Shown piece by piece: positions 1 to 15,297 of a stretch of DNA of 64,000 nt. The position numbers were made by a program, and so were the translations under genes. The DNA is taken from NCBI RefSeq assembly GCF_000181795.1, contig NW_003526941.1, positions 7,168,043-7,232,042 on the forward strand, written 5' to 3'. The notes below the pieces were generated by a model. It saw only the letters and a list, made by a program, of their open reading frames with translations. It was not told the origin of the DNA and made no database searches. Source of the DNA: Trichinella spiralis. Its lineage: Eukaryota. How positions within the stretch are numbered: the first letter of the stretch is position 1; the number at the start of each line of letters is the position of its first letter.

Positions 1-31
1 TAATTTCAAATTATGAAAAATTGAAAATTTA

Positions 32-695
32 CCTGTGCTGTATTGGTATGAAGTAAAAATTAAGAAGCTGAACTGCAGGCCATAATTGCAAATTGGTTAA
101 ATAAACTTGTCGAAATTCCTCAAAAAAAACATAAAACGTTAAAATTGTTAAAAAAAACTAGGTATAATGACAAACTGTTTTCCATTTTTCTTTTATATTT
201 TCAAAATTCAATCGTTGCAAGAAGCCCAATAACAAAATGAAACCAGTGTAGGAGACGGGAGAAAACAAAAGCTGAATAGAAATTTAATGCGAATGATTTG
301 TTAATGTAAAAATGATTAAATGAGGAATAATTTTACTTGATCAAGAGCGACACGCTTTATCACGGAAAGCAACGAATGACCGACGAAAATTTTATCGAGC
401 TTTACAAACCATGCCCATATCAACGGACCCTGAAACATACTGCACATGTACAGAAGGAAAATGGACATTCAATGGGTAAAAAGTGAAATTCAACCGTATA
501 AAATGTGCCCAAGAATACAAAACGAAAAGTTCGATCAAATTCGAAAAAGTTATACGATCGATGACCTTCGAGTACTGTCTGCGAAATAACGTCACCAGTT
601 CCCATCAGTAAACCTGAATAAGAAACAACTTTTGAAAATCGACTACAGAAGGAAAACAAAAAATCTCACCTGAAATTATCATCTGAGATTTCCAT
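32..695 (-). CDS. Mpv17/PMP22 family membrane protein (multi-exon, 3' end runs off the window)
   Basis: Spliced translation gives GLLMGTGDVISQ...FEFDRTFRFVFLGTFYT|GPLIWAWFVKLDKIF...IKRVALDQ|LLFSPVSYTGFILLLGFLQ...|NLQLWPAVQLLNFYFIPIQHR, the Mpv17/PMP22 signature motifs. The first exon is uncertain. Confidence 0.85.
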
Positions 696-2108
696 GGATG
701 CAATTGAAGAATTCTATTATAAAAATTCATTTAATTTTAAAAATGAATTTTTACAATCTATTTTATACTTGATAACCTAAAATATATGACAATTCTATCC
801 ATGATGTGGTCTAAATTCAAAACTGAAATAACAACTGTCTATACAGGTGTACTTGAAGACTATTAAATTACACTGTAAAAAATGTTTCATTGTTTTTTCC
901 AAATTTCATCAAATACTTTTATCAAAAAATTAAAATCAAAATAATTATCAAACGAAAAATATAAAACAATGCTATTTAAGCTATGAACGTCATGTTATTT
1001 CTGTTAATTCACTACATAGAAGTGAACAAAACAAATGCTTCAATAAGATATAAAGCTACCCATATACTTCTAACAACTTGCACAAAGTGTAGAAAAAATA
1101 ATTATCATATACTAAAGTGAACCTGAAGAATATTTTATTTTAATAAACTAGTAAATAAACTGTAAATTAGAAAAGCAATATTTAACAATTCAACTAAATA
1201 AAAATGAAACAAATGCACAACATTTGAATTTAAATTCAATAACTAATTACTAGAAAAACAACACACCCGTAAAGCATGTTGAATATCAGAAATTGCTTAT
1301 TGTTAAAACAACAACAATGAAATAGAATCAATTTAACGCCATTTTTACATGTTCAAATATACTTACAATCATGCAAGGACATTTTAAAATGTATTCTTTG
1401 GAAAACAACTTCACAAAAATCGCCTGCAAAATACAACTTACTGAAAATTAATACGGTATTGTTGATTTTTAAGAACAATTGGAACGAACAAGTTCAAAAG
1501 AAATCTTTTCAATCAAAAACATTTCAAAATTACTCACATTTTTCATCCTTTACTTTTTCTGGGTATTTTTATTATTTTATTATTCACTATTCTGCTATTA
1601 ATTATTATTGACTTAATGTTTATTTAGATGATGAATTATAAGTTCGTTTAAATGGTACAATTGTCGAATTAAAAAAAACACTAAAATTCAAGGTTACACA
1701 GAAAGTACTACCATTACTGTAAACAATTACAAACTGCACGCAAAAATAGCATCAGGAAATATAAAACCTAAACTGAAGGTTGAAAAAACAATTCAGTTAT
1801 TATAATTTTATTGACAAAACATACATTGTTCTCAAAATATGTAAAAAAAAAGAGAAGTCCAATAGTTAAAAAAATGGGTATCGTAAAATTTGAAAAAATA
1901 AGCAAGTAGCTGAAATCAGAAAATGAAGGCCAGTCAGCCTGAAAAACAACAACCCATGATTATATTACACAATAAATAATAATCATAATAAATAGAATAA
2001 GAAAAAACAGCATTGGCTAATGTGAAAATTGCCATAATTGTTTAACCAACATAGCTAGAATAAGTGAATCTAACGTTGAAATCAGTTAACGTTTGAATAT
2101 GATTTTTC

Positions 2109-2929
<821 letters not shown>

Positions 2930-4201
2930 TCAATTCAAACGCATACGGAAGCGATGACGTATTGAAAATAAATCACACAATCGATCAACGAATTCAAATC
3001 AACAATACGGAAATAATATGCCAGGGAAGAAAACAGCTCAATTTTAACAGATCTGAATCAACAGCTGGCTGTTTATCATTATTTAACTGACAGTAGGATG
3101 TAAATGTTTTCCAAGTTTAATTAAAACTATAACTTGAACCTTAAAACAGTATTGAACAAGCAAAATCTAAGCAGAAATAACATGAATAATAATAATTTCA
3201 AAAATTCAATTTCTTCAAGGTAAAATATTAATCCAAAAAAATTGATACATTCGTCAATTCTTCGATTAGGAAAACGACAAAATGATAACCCACGACTAAG
3301 AACAAGTAAGCATATAGTAAAAATATGCGTGATTAAGCTTCTTTGGTCGTGATCAGTGGAAACTAAATTCAATTCTATTCGACATTAAATTCAACACCTA
3401 TTCAAACACTGCTTATTCAGCTTCAACAACAAAACACAATTTCCACGAAAAACGCTTACGGTATACTGTGTCATTAAAAATCACAAATGTTCTACTGAAA
3501 TATACTGTAACATTCTTGAAATGTTTTAAATATCAGAAGAATTTATAATTAAAACAATATGATAAAAGTGGTCAAAAAAATTTAATTTTTATTTTAATAT
3601 TGTTGAATTTATTTTTACATAATAATTTTTAATAAATTATTGCAAATTTTTTGAATTCTTAGTTAATCACTATTACAGAAATCCAATTCATGCACTAATT
3701 TGCAGAAACAATTGAAAATAAATATCAGTTTCAAAAATGTACAATTAGTTCTTTATTTTTCTTTTATACAATACAGATGAACTACATTACAATAATTTTA
3801 GAATTGTAATAAAAAAAATAATCAGTTATTTCAAAATCAGTAGTTAAAAAGTTTTTTTAATAAAAACATAAATTTCAATGAATAATTGAAATGAAATTTG
3901 AAATATAAATAAATTCATAAATAATCGTTTTTTTTTGCTTTCTTTTACATTACAGTATACGTCAACAGGAAATTTTTATTCACTTTGTGTTCAAGAATTG
4001 AATATCCAGCCGCTTGATCGTGCCAACTGACAGTGAAATTTTTCGAAAAAAAATCTTTTTTTCTTTTATATTTATTCTTCCATAATATTTCAACCCAGCT
4101 TATAATGAATGGTTTTTGCAATCGTTTAAAAACTCTCACATGAAAAGCTGATCGATAAATATACAATACATAGATACATACATATTAAAAAGAAAAAAAA
4201 A

Positions 4202-6170
4202 TCATTTTTTATAAGTTTTGAACGTATGACGTTTCTGATAAAATAACATGTATGCTTCACTGTCGTAAACCTCGCTATCCGTAGCTGGGGTAATTACGTT
4301 GTCATCACAGTGGTACCATTGACCATCGTTTGGACGTAAGAAACACGTGAAATGACCTGTCTCGGTTTGACCGGCATGATTTATAACCGCGTAAAGTACG
4401 TACTGATTTTCCACCGTTGCCAAAAGTTTCAACCAAGGACATTCTTCGATCAGAGGAAGATCCACAGTGGGGTCGATTTCCTTCAATCGATTCCGATAGT
4501 ACGGCATCAAATCTAAAATTTCCGGAAAATGCATCCAAGTTTTGACCTTCTGAAAACGATGGCGACTTTTCTCTGTTCTCTTAAAATAATATAAAATTAA
4601 TTTAAATAAAATTGAATTTCAATATTATTTCACACTGACCTTCACGTGAAAGCAAACTACATTTGGAAAATCCAGGAAAGTGACCTGTTTCCAAATGGCA
4701 CATTCACAACCACAATAGCAGCAGTAGGCGTGTAATATCAATTTTTCGGCATCTGTAAAGCGGTCCAAACATTTCATCAGTGACACCCCTTCTGCACTGT
4801 CTTCAATTTGAGAAAAAGAAAAGAAACCATTAATATGCGTTGAAAAGACTTTTCAACATTACAGATAGAGAGAGAGAGAAAAAAAAATTTTTTTTTAATA
4901 TTTACCTAATATGTCAACGGAAATGTTAAAGCAAGGTTCAACTTTGCTTGTAACACGATGACAACAAATGCAGAACACATCACATTTGTGTCTGGCTGAA
5001 AATACCTTGTGCGCAATGCACGAACAAACTTCACCAAAATCTAAAAATTAATTAAATTCATTCAACTCACCATAATAATAATAATTATTATTAAATTATC
5101 ATTTCACCTTTTCCATCGGAACTTTGATGAATACCGTTCATCAATGCCAAATACACTTCGTGAGCATCCTGTTGTTCAGCATAAGCGATCTCAGGTGCTG
5201 CTTTCCACAAACTCGCCAACAATCGTGCCGGTGCAATGGGTGGACGTTCGACAAACAGACGCTAAATTTTTTTTTTCACTTGACCAATCATCAATTGTCC
5301 TAATAACAAAAAATTCCCAACACCTCACCTCCTGCATAACCGTACCAATTTCGCATATCAAACAAAGCGGCTTTCCACATGGTGGATGACAGTCGGACAA
5401 AAAATATTCTTGCACTCTTGCTGTGTGCAAAAACACTTGCAAAACGGTATTGAAAAAGCAAGTATTCCCGAGATTCAACAAGCCACGGACCCCAAGCAAA
5501 GATGGTGGATTAACCAGACGCTTGGCTCGCAAATAAGGCACAAGCTCTGCCGGCGGATCGTCCGTCACTTTTTCATAACTAACCGGGTTTAAACCTATAA
5601 AGCAAAACAATAATTAATTAATTAATTAATTAAACATCCATTCAATTTATCAACTTTGAAACAATACCGTAAATTTGTCGATATCTGCAATTCACTTTGC
5701 AAATGATAGAATTCAATTTCGCATCTGAAATGATCGACTGGCAACGAAAGCAGAAAACATGGCCAGTGATAATATTCACTCCTGAATTAAAAATGCTGCT
5801 TAAAAACAAACAAACAAACAAGCAAACAAAACAACACACCAAACACGTGCTCCTTCTCCTTGGAGTGCTCTTCAAAATGATTGTTTTTTAAGCAGCCAAC
5901 CGTTGCACAGTCGATGCAAGCAAAAATAAACGAATCTCGAATTTCGCAAACCTGGCAACTCATAAACATAGCCTAAAATACAGTAATATTTACAAATGCA
6001 ATTTAACAAAATAAAAGAAAAACAAATTACCTGCACATGCAAATTTCGCCGATTGCAAGGATAAATAATTAACGAGCATATTTTCCTGAATTTCTTGAAC
6101 AATATTGGATCTTTTTCTTTTACTTCTTCCCAATGACAACATTTTTCAACCTTACTTTCAAAAATCTAAA
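4202..6170 (-). CDS. Ubiquitin-specific protease, USP22/Ubp8/Nonstop-like (ZnF-UBP + C19 peptidase)
   Basis: ZnF-UBP Cys/His pattern (CQVC...CIDCATVGC...HFEEH...CFRC), Cys box GVRGLLNLGNTCFFNTVLQ, QQDAHE, and His box YVLYAVINHAGQTETGHFTCFLR...WYHCDD...EAYMLFY. Start codon uncertain (about 6170-6230). Confidence 0.88.
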
Positions 6171-6733
6171 AAACATTCTACTGTAGACAAATACTTTTTT
6201 TTACAAATATTGTGCATTTAAAAATTCATGCTTTCCGCCCACAAAACAATGCTTACATTTTGAAGCTTTGAAAACAATTAACCCTATTATTTCATTGGAA
6301 AGTCAACAATCACAAAAATTTAATATTAAAATATACTGTATTAAAAAATTGCAATGAAACATCACAGTACAAAAAACTGACGATTTAGTACAAATGGTCA
6401 TTTACACAACTATTTATTAATAATTTTAAATTTCTATTCAACTTTTACATATTTTAAATCGTCTCGTCGATGAAATAATTAATAATATTAAATGTGACAA
6501 ATCAAATATTGAAAATAAAATCACTGACCAATTCTTAACCTTATTCTGTAACGAGAAAAATGAACAGTTAAACCACAGACAGACAGTTTCCCTTATCAAA
6601 AATCTGAAAGCAATGACATCATGACCTATTTATAGATATAACAACGTATAAAAGTCGACGCAACTGAATTTAATTCAAAGATAACAAAAGAGTAATACGG
6701 TCTGCTGTGAAAAATAAAACAAATCAAAACTAT

Positions 6734-7719
6734 ATGATTGATAAAAATATTCCTCACAGTATGACATGTCATCTTCTATGCGGGAAAATTTTCATGAATT
6801 TTAATAAAAACAAAAGTTGCCCAAGTTGTCATGCAACTGTGAACACTGAAAACAGCTTTACTGTTAGAAAACCGTTTGTCGATGCTCAATCTGCTCCCTG
6901 TTCCATACTAATCAAACCTACGTGTGGAAACTTTTTACAGTAATTGAATTCGATCGATTTGTACTAGAATTGTTCAAACTGAATAAAATAAACATTCAGA
7001 GATTACAAGCCAGGCTCAGATTTGCATATTGGAATATCAGACAACTCTGGAAATGTCTTATCTTATTCCAAATTGGGTCTCACCGAAGAAACCTACGGAT
7101 GGAATTTGGCACTCTCAGTTATCAACAACAAGCAGACAAATACGGATGTCGAGCAATGGTCGTTAAAACTTAATCAACTTTGCCAAGACTACAGCTCATG
7201 GACAAGAGAAAAGTAAGCAAAAATATTTTTCAATTAAAATATTAAGTATTAAAACATTGTGCTAACACGCATGTTTTTAACTTTGCTTCTTAAACGTTAA
7301 TAAAAATAATCAGTATTAAAAAATTCAAATTTAAAATACAAATTAAAAAACTGATAACTGAACATACCATGACAGTTGACCTTGAACTCGGTAGAAAAAA
7401 TACGAATTATATTTACAGCTAATGCGGATACTGTATTGTGTTGTGATTTGCAAGTAATACTGGAAAATTGAAAAACATCAAATATACGTTTTTTTTAAAT
7501 TAACACAACACTTTTTATTTCAGTTATAATTCAGAAAATTTCAATTGCTTTGATTTTGTTTCCACATTTCTTCAACGCCTGAAAAATGTTCCGTTTTCTA
7601 CCAATTTGAAAGAAGAGGTGACAACTTTCTACATTCGGCCATGCCTAATTCAAGCATTACAATTTTCGGTATTATACAACAGTGCCAAATTGAACAGTAG
7701 TTATCTGTTTATACAATAA
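6734..7719 (+). CDS. MKRN2 opposite strand protein (MKRN2OS/DUF4796)-like, 3 exons
   Basis: Spliced product ...CPSC...KPFVDAQSAPCSILIKPTCGNFL|DYKPGSDLHIGISDNSGNVLSY...GW...|YNSENFNCFDFVSTFL. This matches the recalled family motifs PF..CS.L..PT.G.FL, DLH.GI and NC..F. Confidence 0.75.
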
Positions 7720-7860
7720 ATTTATTCAGCCCAAAAACATACAATTATTTAAAAGTGTTCATAAATAAAAGTTATAAAAAAAAGAAACGTATTGATATTA
7801 TATTCAATGATACGACATACATAATATAATATTGTATAATGTTAGAATAATTGGATAAAA

Positions 7861-10663
<2,803 letters not shown>

Positions 10664-13365
10664 ATTTTTAAAATGATAATTGCGACAAATAATAAGAAAC
10701 AGAAAATAACCTTAAAAATGTGGGGTACAGTATACGTATTTCAGGTAAGTACAATTCGAACTTTGATATTACTGTCACAGAAATGTACGTATTTTTAGTT
10801 AATATTTGAAGTTTAAAATTCTTTTAGTTTTGTGGACAGTTTTTTAAAATCCTTTTTGAATTTTGAATAGATTATAAAAAGAATAAAACATAAATTGAAT
10901 GTTCATTGCAAAGGATAACTTTTGCTTTTTTTTAAATTAGAAATACAATACTCAGTATAAAAGATACAGAGTACTATCAGCGCATTCTTTCTCAGTTAGA
11001 GAACTGAACAGAGTATTTCAGTCCCATAATTGGAATTAATCTTTTTGTTTCGATGTACATTTTCCAAGATGACTGTTTTATCAGTTTCAACTTGTAATCA
11101 AGAATTGCAATAATGTTGATTACAAATTATTAGAATAATTGCAGATTATTTTTATTGAAAATTGTTTGTTTATTGTTTACCAAATAATGTTTATTGTTGA
11201 ATGTAAATTTCAGTTTGACAAGAAATCAGTTTAAATAGCGTTGCTGTGTCGTTTTGATGAATAGGAAAAGTTTTGCATTGAAGTAATTGTCCCACTGATG
11301 ACCGACTATTTGCACAATTGATCACAACATTCATCCAGTCATCCTGTTCCGTTGATTTATCCAATTGGCTCCACTGGCCGGAAGCAACTTCACAAAGCCT
11401 TCCTAAAAATTAGTTGTGCAGAATCAAGTCACTGGGTCACTTTTGAATAATGCCAGTCACCTAATAATTGATCTCTTATTTCTGCGCATTTCAGCAGCGA
11501 ATATTGTGAACATTTTTGCCATCCAATTTGCAAATGAACATTACTATCTATCATTACACATTTGATAATTGTTAGACCAATGTTGAAACCGGATCGTTTG
11601 TATATTTATTACATTAGAAATTTTCTCAGTAGAAGTTATGGGAAATTTTAATCTTTCAAACAAAACAATTCTGTGAACAAAAAATGAATGGATGTTTCAA
11701 AGTTCATTTTGAAATTATTTCGTCTCGAAATATTTTCTAATTAAAACTGCACTCTTGCAAAAAGGGAGCAAGTACCGCTGAATACTAAACAGTTTCAAAC
11801 TGTCCAAGTGAATAATTTTTCAAAATTTTTCATGACGAATTTCACCAAAGAAGTTTTCTTTTGCTCGTCAATAAAGTCTTAGCCTATATTTCAAAAATAA
11901 AAAACTCAATTGTAAAAGTAAACAAAGAGAAAACAATGTACCGTTACCAAAAGGTACTTACTTATCTTTGAATGAATTGTAAAAAAACAGGTCAAAAATG
12001 CAAGGGGACAACAGTAAATGAACAGTAAATGATGATAATAATAATAATAATAAGGACATTTTTGAAGATTGATTTCTTTTTCTACTCTTTATATTTCATA
12101 ATTCATTCAATTGAAAATATTTGACAAAAAACAAGGTTGCAGTGCCTTTTTTTTCTTTTCAAATGCAGTATGCATTACTGCTGAAAACATGGAATGCAGG
12201 TGCAAATATATGCAAAACAATGATGAAACAATTTCACGTGTCAATTTGAAATAATTGAATTTTTACGTTCTACATTTACAATGAATGATGCTGAATTGAA
12301 AATACTGATCAACTTCAATCAAAAAATTTGAACTTTTAAACACGAAGAATAGTGAAAAAAGCAAACAAATAAACCCGACAACATGCTAACAACATGAAAA
12401 TATTCGCATAACATCGCGAAACAAAAACTATATTAAATTTACTTGAACAAACGTTGTTGTCAGCGTGATGAAACTGCGACCTCATTTTCAAATTTCAGCT
12501 AAATTAAAATAAAAAAAAAATAAAATAATTACCGTACCTCAAAATCTCCTTTTGTCAATAGACGCGTTAATTTTGCTAATGAATGAAGACTTGTTTTTTC
12601 ATTGAATTTTTTTCAAACTGGCTTTCAGTACCGCTTAATATTTTGCTTAAAAATAAAAAAATGTTTTTTCATTAATCATTTAAAAAAAGTTTGTTTACTG
12701 ACTTCTAGATATTTCTTTAATGATAATTATAAATCGACAGTAGGTGACTGTGAATGGATATGAAAATGATATTTTAAATTAGTTGGATTTTATTTTTCTT
12801 CAACTGAACTGAAAATAGAAATAAAGTACGAATAAGAAGAAAAAAAATATACTTTTTCCCCCTCATCATCTATGTGTTAATTTGAAAAACAATTTCAATA
12901 TTATTCCAAATGACTATATCATATTATGAATTATTATGAATTTGAATTGAAAAAATTATTTGAAAAAAATATAGCCGAATAAGCGCGACCTAAAAAAGTG
13001 ATAATTGTAGCAATGGGTTGTCCAGTTTTGTGAGTAATCGTTGTTCCGGGCTGTCGGTACGGTTTAGTGCAACAGTAGGCCGGCAGGCTTGCTAACGAGA
13101 AAGCTTGTTTGCGTCACGCCAACTGCTCTGTATTGGTTAGACGAGTCAATGCTAAATTCAGGTTTTCCTCAACAGCCACTTTCAAAAATGATCTGCCCAT
13201 ATTTGCTAATTTGTTGACGAACACTAGTCGCTCATGTAAACGCTGTGTTGTATTTTATTTTTATTTATTTATTCATTTACTTATATATACATATATATAG
13301 ATGATGCTTTTAATTTAACATTGATTATTTTAGTTTTAAGAAAGTTATTTTAAACAAACATACCA

Positions 13366-13836
13366 ATGCTGTCAATGAACCGGTGTCGCATAATCTGCCT
13401 GCTTGCATCGATTACAATCTTGCTTATCCACTGTACAAAGGTAAAAAATACATAATAGCATGATGATATAATTTCTACTTGTTTCTATGATAATTTTACT
13501 TAAAAAGAAAAAAACATTATACAGGCTTGTAATCCTGGTGGATATTATGGCTCTTACCCGTATTATAATTCATATCCACGCCCATTATACGGACCTGATT
13601 TAACCATGTGCGCCGGTCCTGGCTGGCCATGTTACAAAAGACGTAGTCCAGATGCTAGAGTTGTTGATACAAGTTCACAAACGTTGATTCGTCAGCCTGG
13701 CCAAATTTCCTCTTCTCAAACTCCATATTTCCCACCGGCACCACCGCAAACGAACCCCGACAAATCGTACGGTTTGAATACTATATTCAAAAAATTAAAC
13801 GATCCAACATGGGAAACTAACCAAGCAAAAGTTTAA
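13366..13836 (+). CDS. Small secreted protein / putative prepropeptide, 128 aa, 2 exons (13366-13440, 13525-13836)
   Basis: Exon 1 encodes a signal-peptide-like MLSMNRCRIICLLASITILLIHCTK. A phase-0 GT-AG intron joins it in frame to ACNPGGYYGSYPYYNSYPRPLYGPDLTMCAGPGWPCYKRRSPDAR...QAKV*. AATAAA follows at about 14038. Confidence 0.7.
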
Positions 13837-15297
13837 AACGTCTCAATCAACTGCACCATCAATGGACAATTACCCAACGTATTCTCTTTCTTGTTCATCT
13901 ATACTATACTATACTATACTATATTATATAATAATATGCTTTCCGCTGCCTGATCTATTCTGCTTCCATATTCAAATGCAAAACTGTGCCTGCAACATCT
14001 GTCTCTGTGATTCGTAAATTCTGCTTGTAATATTCTGAATAAAATGATACATTAAACTATTTTTTGCTTCCGATAATAATATTTTCACGAAGGATATCCT
14101 GAAGCTTAAAAAAACAATACATATTTAAAATTGTGATTATTTTTGTTCTGTATCAAAATATTGTTAAAAGTAAAAAAACATACAAACACAGCTTTTTATT
14201 GCTATTTTGCAAGTGTTTTTAACAAAGTCACAGAACCAGTTCGAACTGCTATCATCAATTTCAACTCATAATATTTGTTGATTATCGTATCTGCACAATT
14301 TTCAATTTTTCTAGTATACTGCTATTTATTATTCAGACAATGTTTGTTGAAGTCAAACAAATAAACCAAGTAAAACTACAACCACTTTACACTGCACAAC
14401 TATTAACTACTGTTGGAAAAACTGAAAGTTTAAACCAAACAATAATACTACCTTAAACACAAAGAGCATATTTTAAACATTAAAAAATTATTTAATGTTA
14501 CTTATTTTCCATTTTTGAAATGAACCATTCACTACCGTTTGATGCCAGCCTGCTCGGGCGCTCTTCGGGTTTTTCTAAAATGTAATTTAATAATAAATTG
14601 TTCGTTAAAATAAAAAAAAATAATATTCTTTTATCAGCCGACCATTTTATTTGCCCATAAGCATGAGTGAACAGATCTAGTGAGCAAATTCAAACTGTTC
14701 AACTTAGTGAACGTGTGGCAAAAGTACTTTTATTAAAGCAACTACCACAAGGATAGTCATGAAAACAAATATTCCACCTTTACTCAGCGTCTATCATCAT
14801 GCAGTTACTTATTCACAATTTTAAGTGATTAACATTTGCAAATACTTACACATTTCAAATGCTATTTACCGTTTCCGTGTAATATTTTCTTCCAAAGTCG
14901 CCTTTGATTATCCATCTTTGCTAAAAATCCATTCAACTGCACCACTGCAAAGCTTACATAAAATATTTGAAACAATAATCTATAAATTCAACTGTATTTA
15001 TCAGTATCGAAAAGGAAAATAATATCACAAAAGCAAAAACATTTATTAATTAATTTAAAAAAAAATATCTAATAAACATCCATACACATACACATACACA
15101 TATACACAGATATATGTATTCCATCAAATACTACATGTATGTCTAAGTGAAGGCATAAGAATAGTAATAGTGTCAATTAACGCTAACAAACGGTAAAACA
15201 GAGAACATTAGTTTGTTTGAATTATTAAGTAAGTACCAGCCAAAAATTAAATATTGAATTCATCCAATTCTATGTCCAGTGTCGCCAAAGTGAATGC

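Noticed and set aside
800..2108. 1.3-kb ORF-free stretch
   Set aside because: Best explained as the cdc-42 3' UTR plus the Mpv17 upstream region; no structure was seen.
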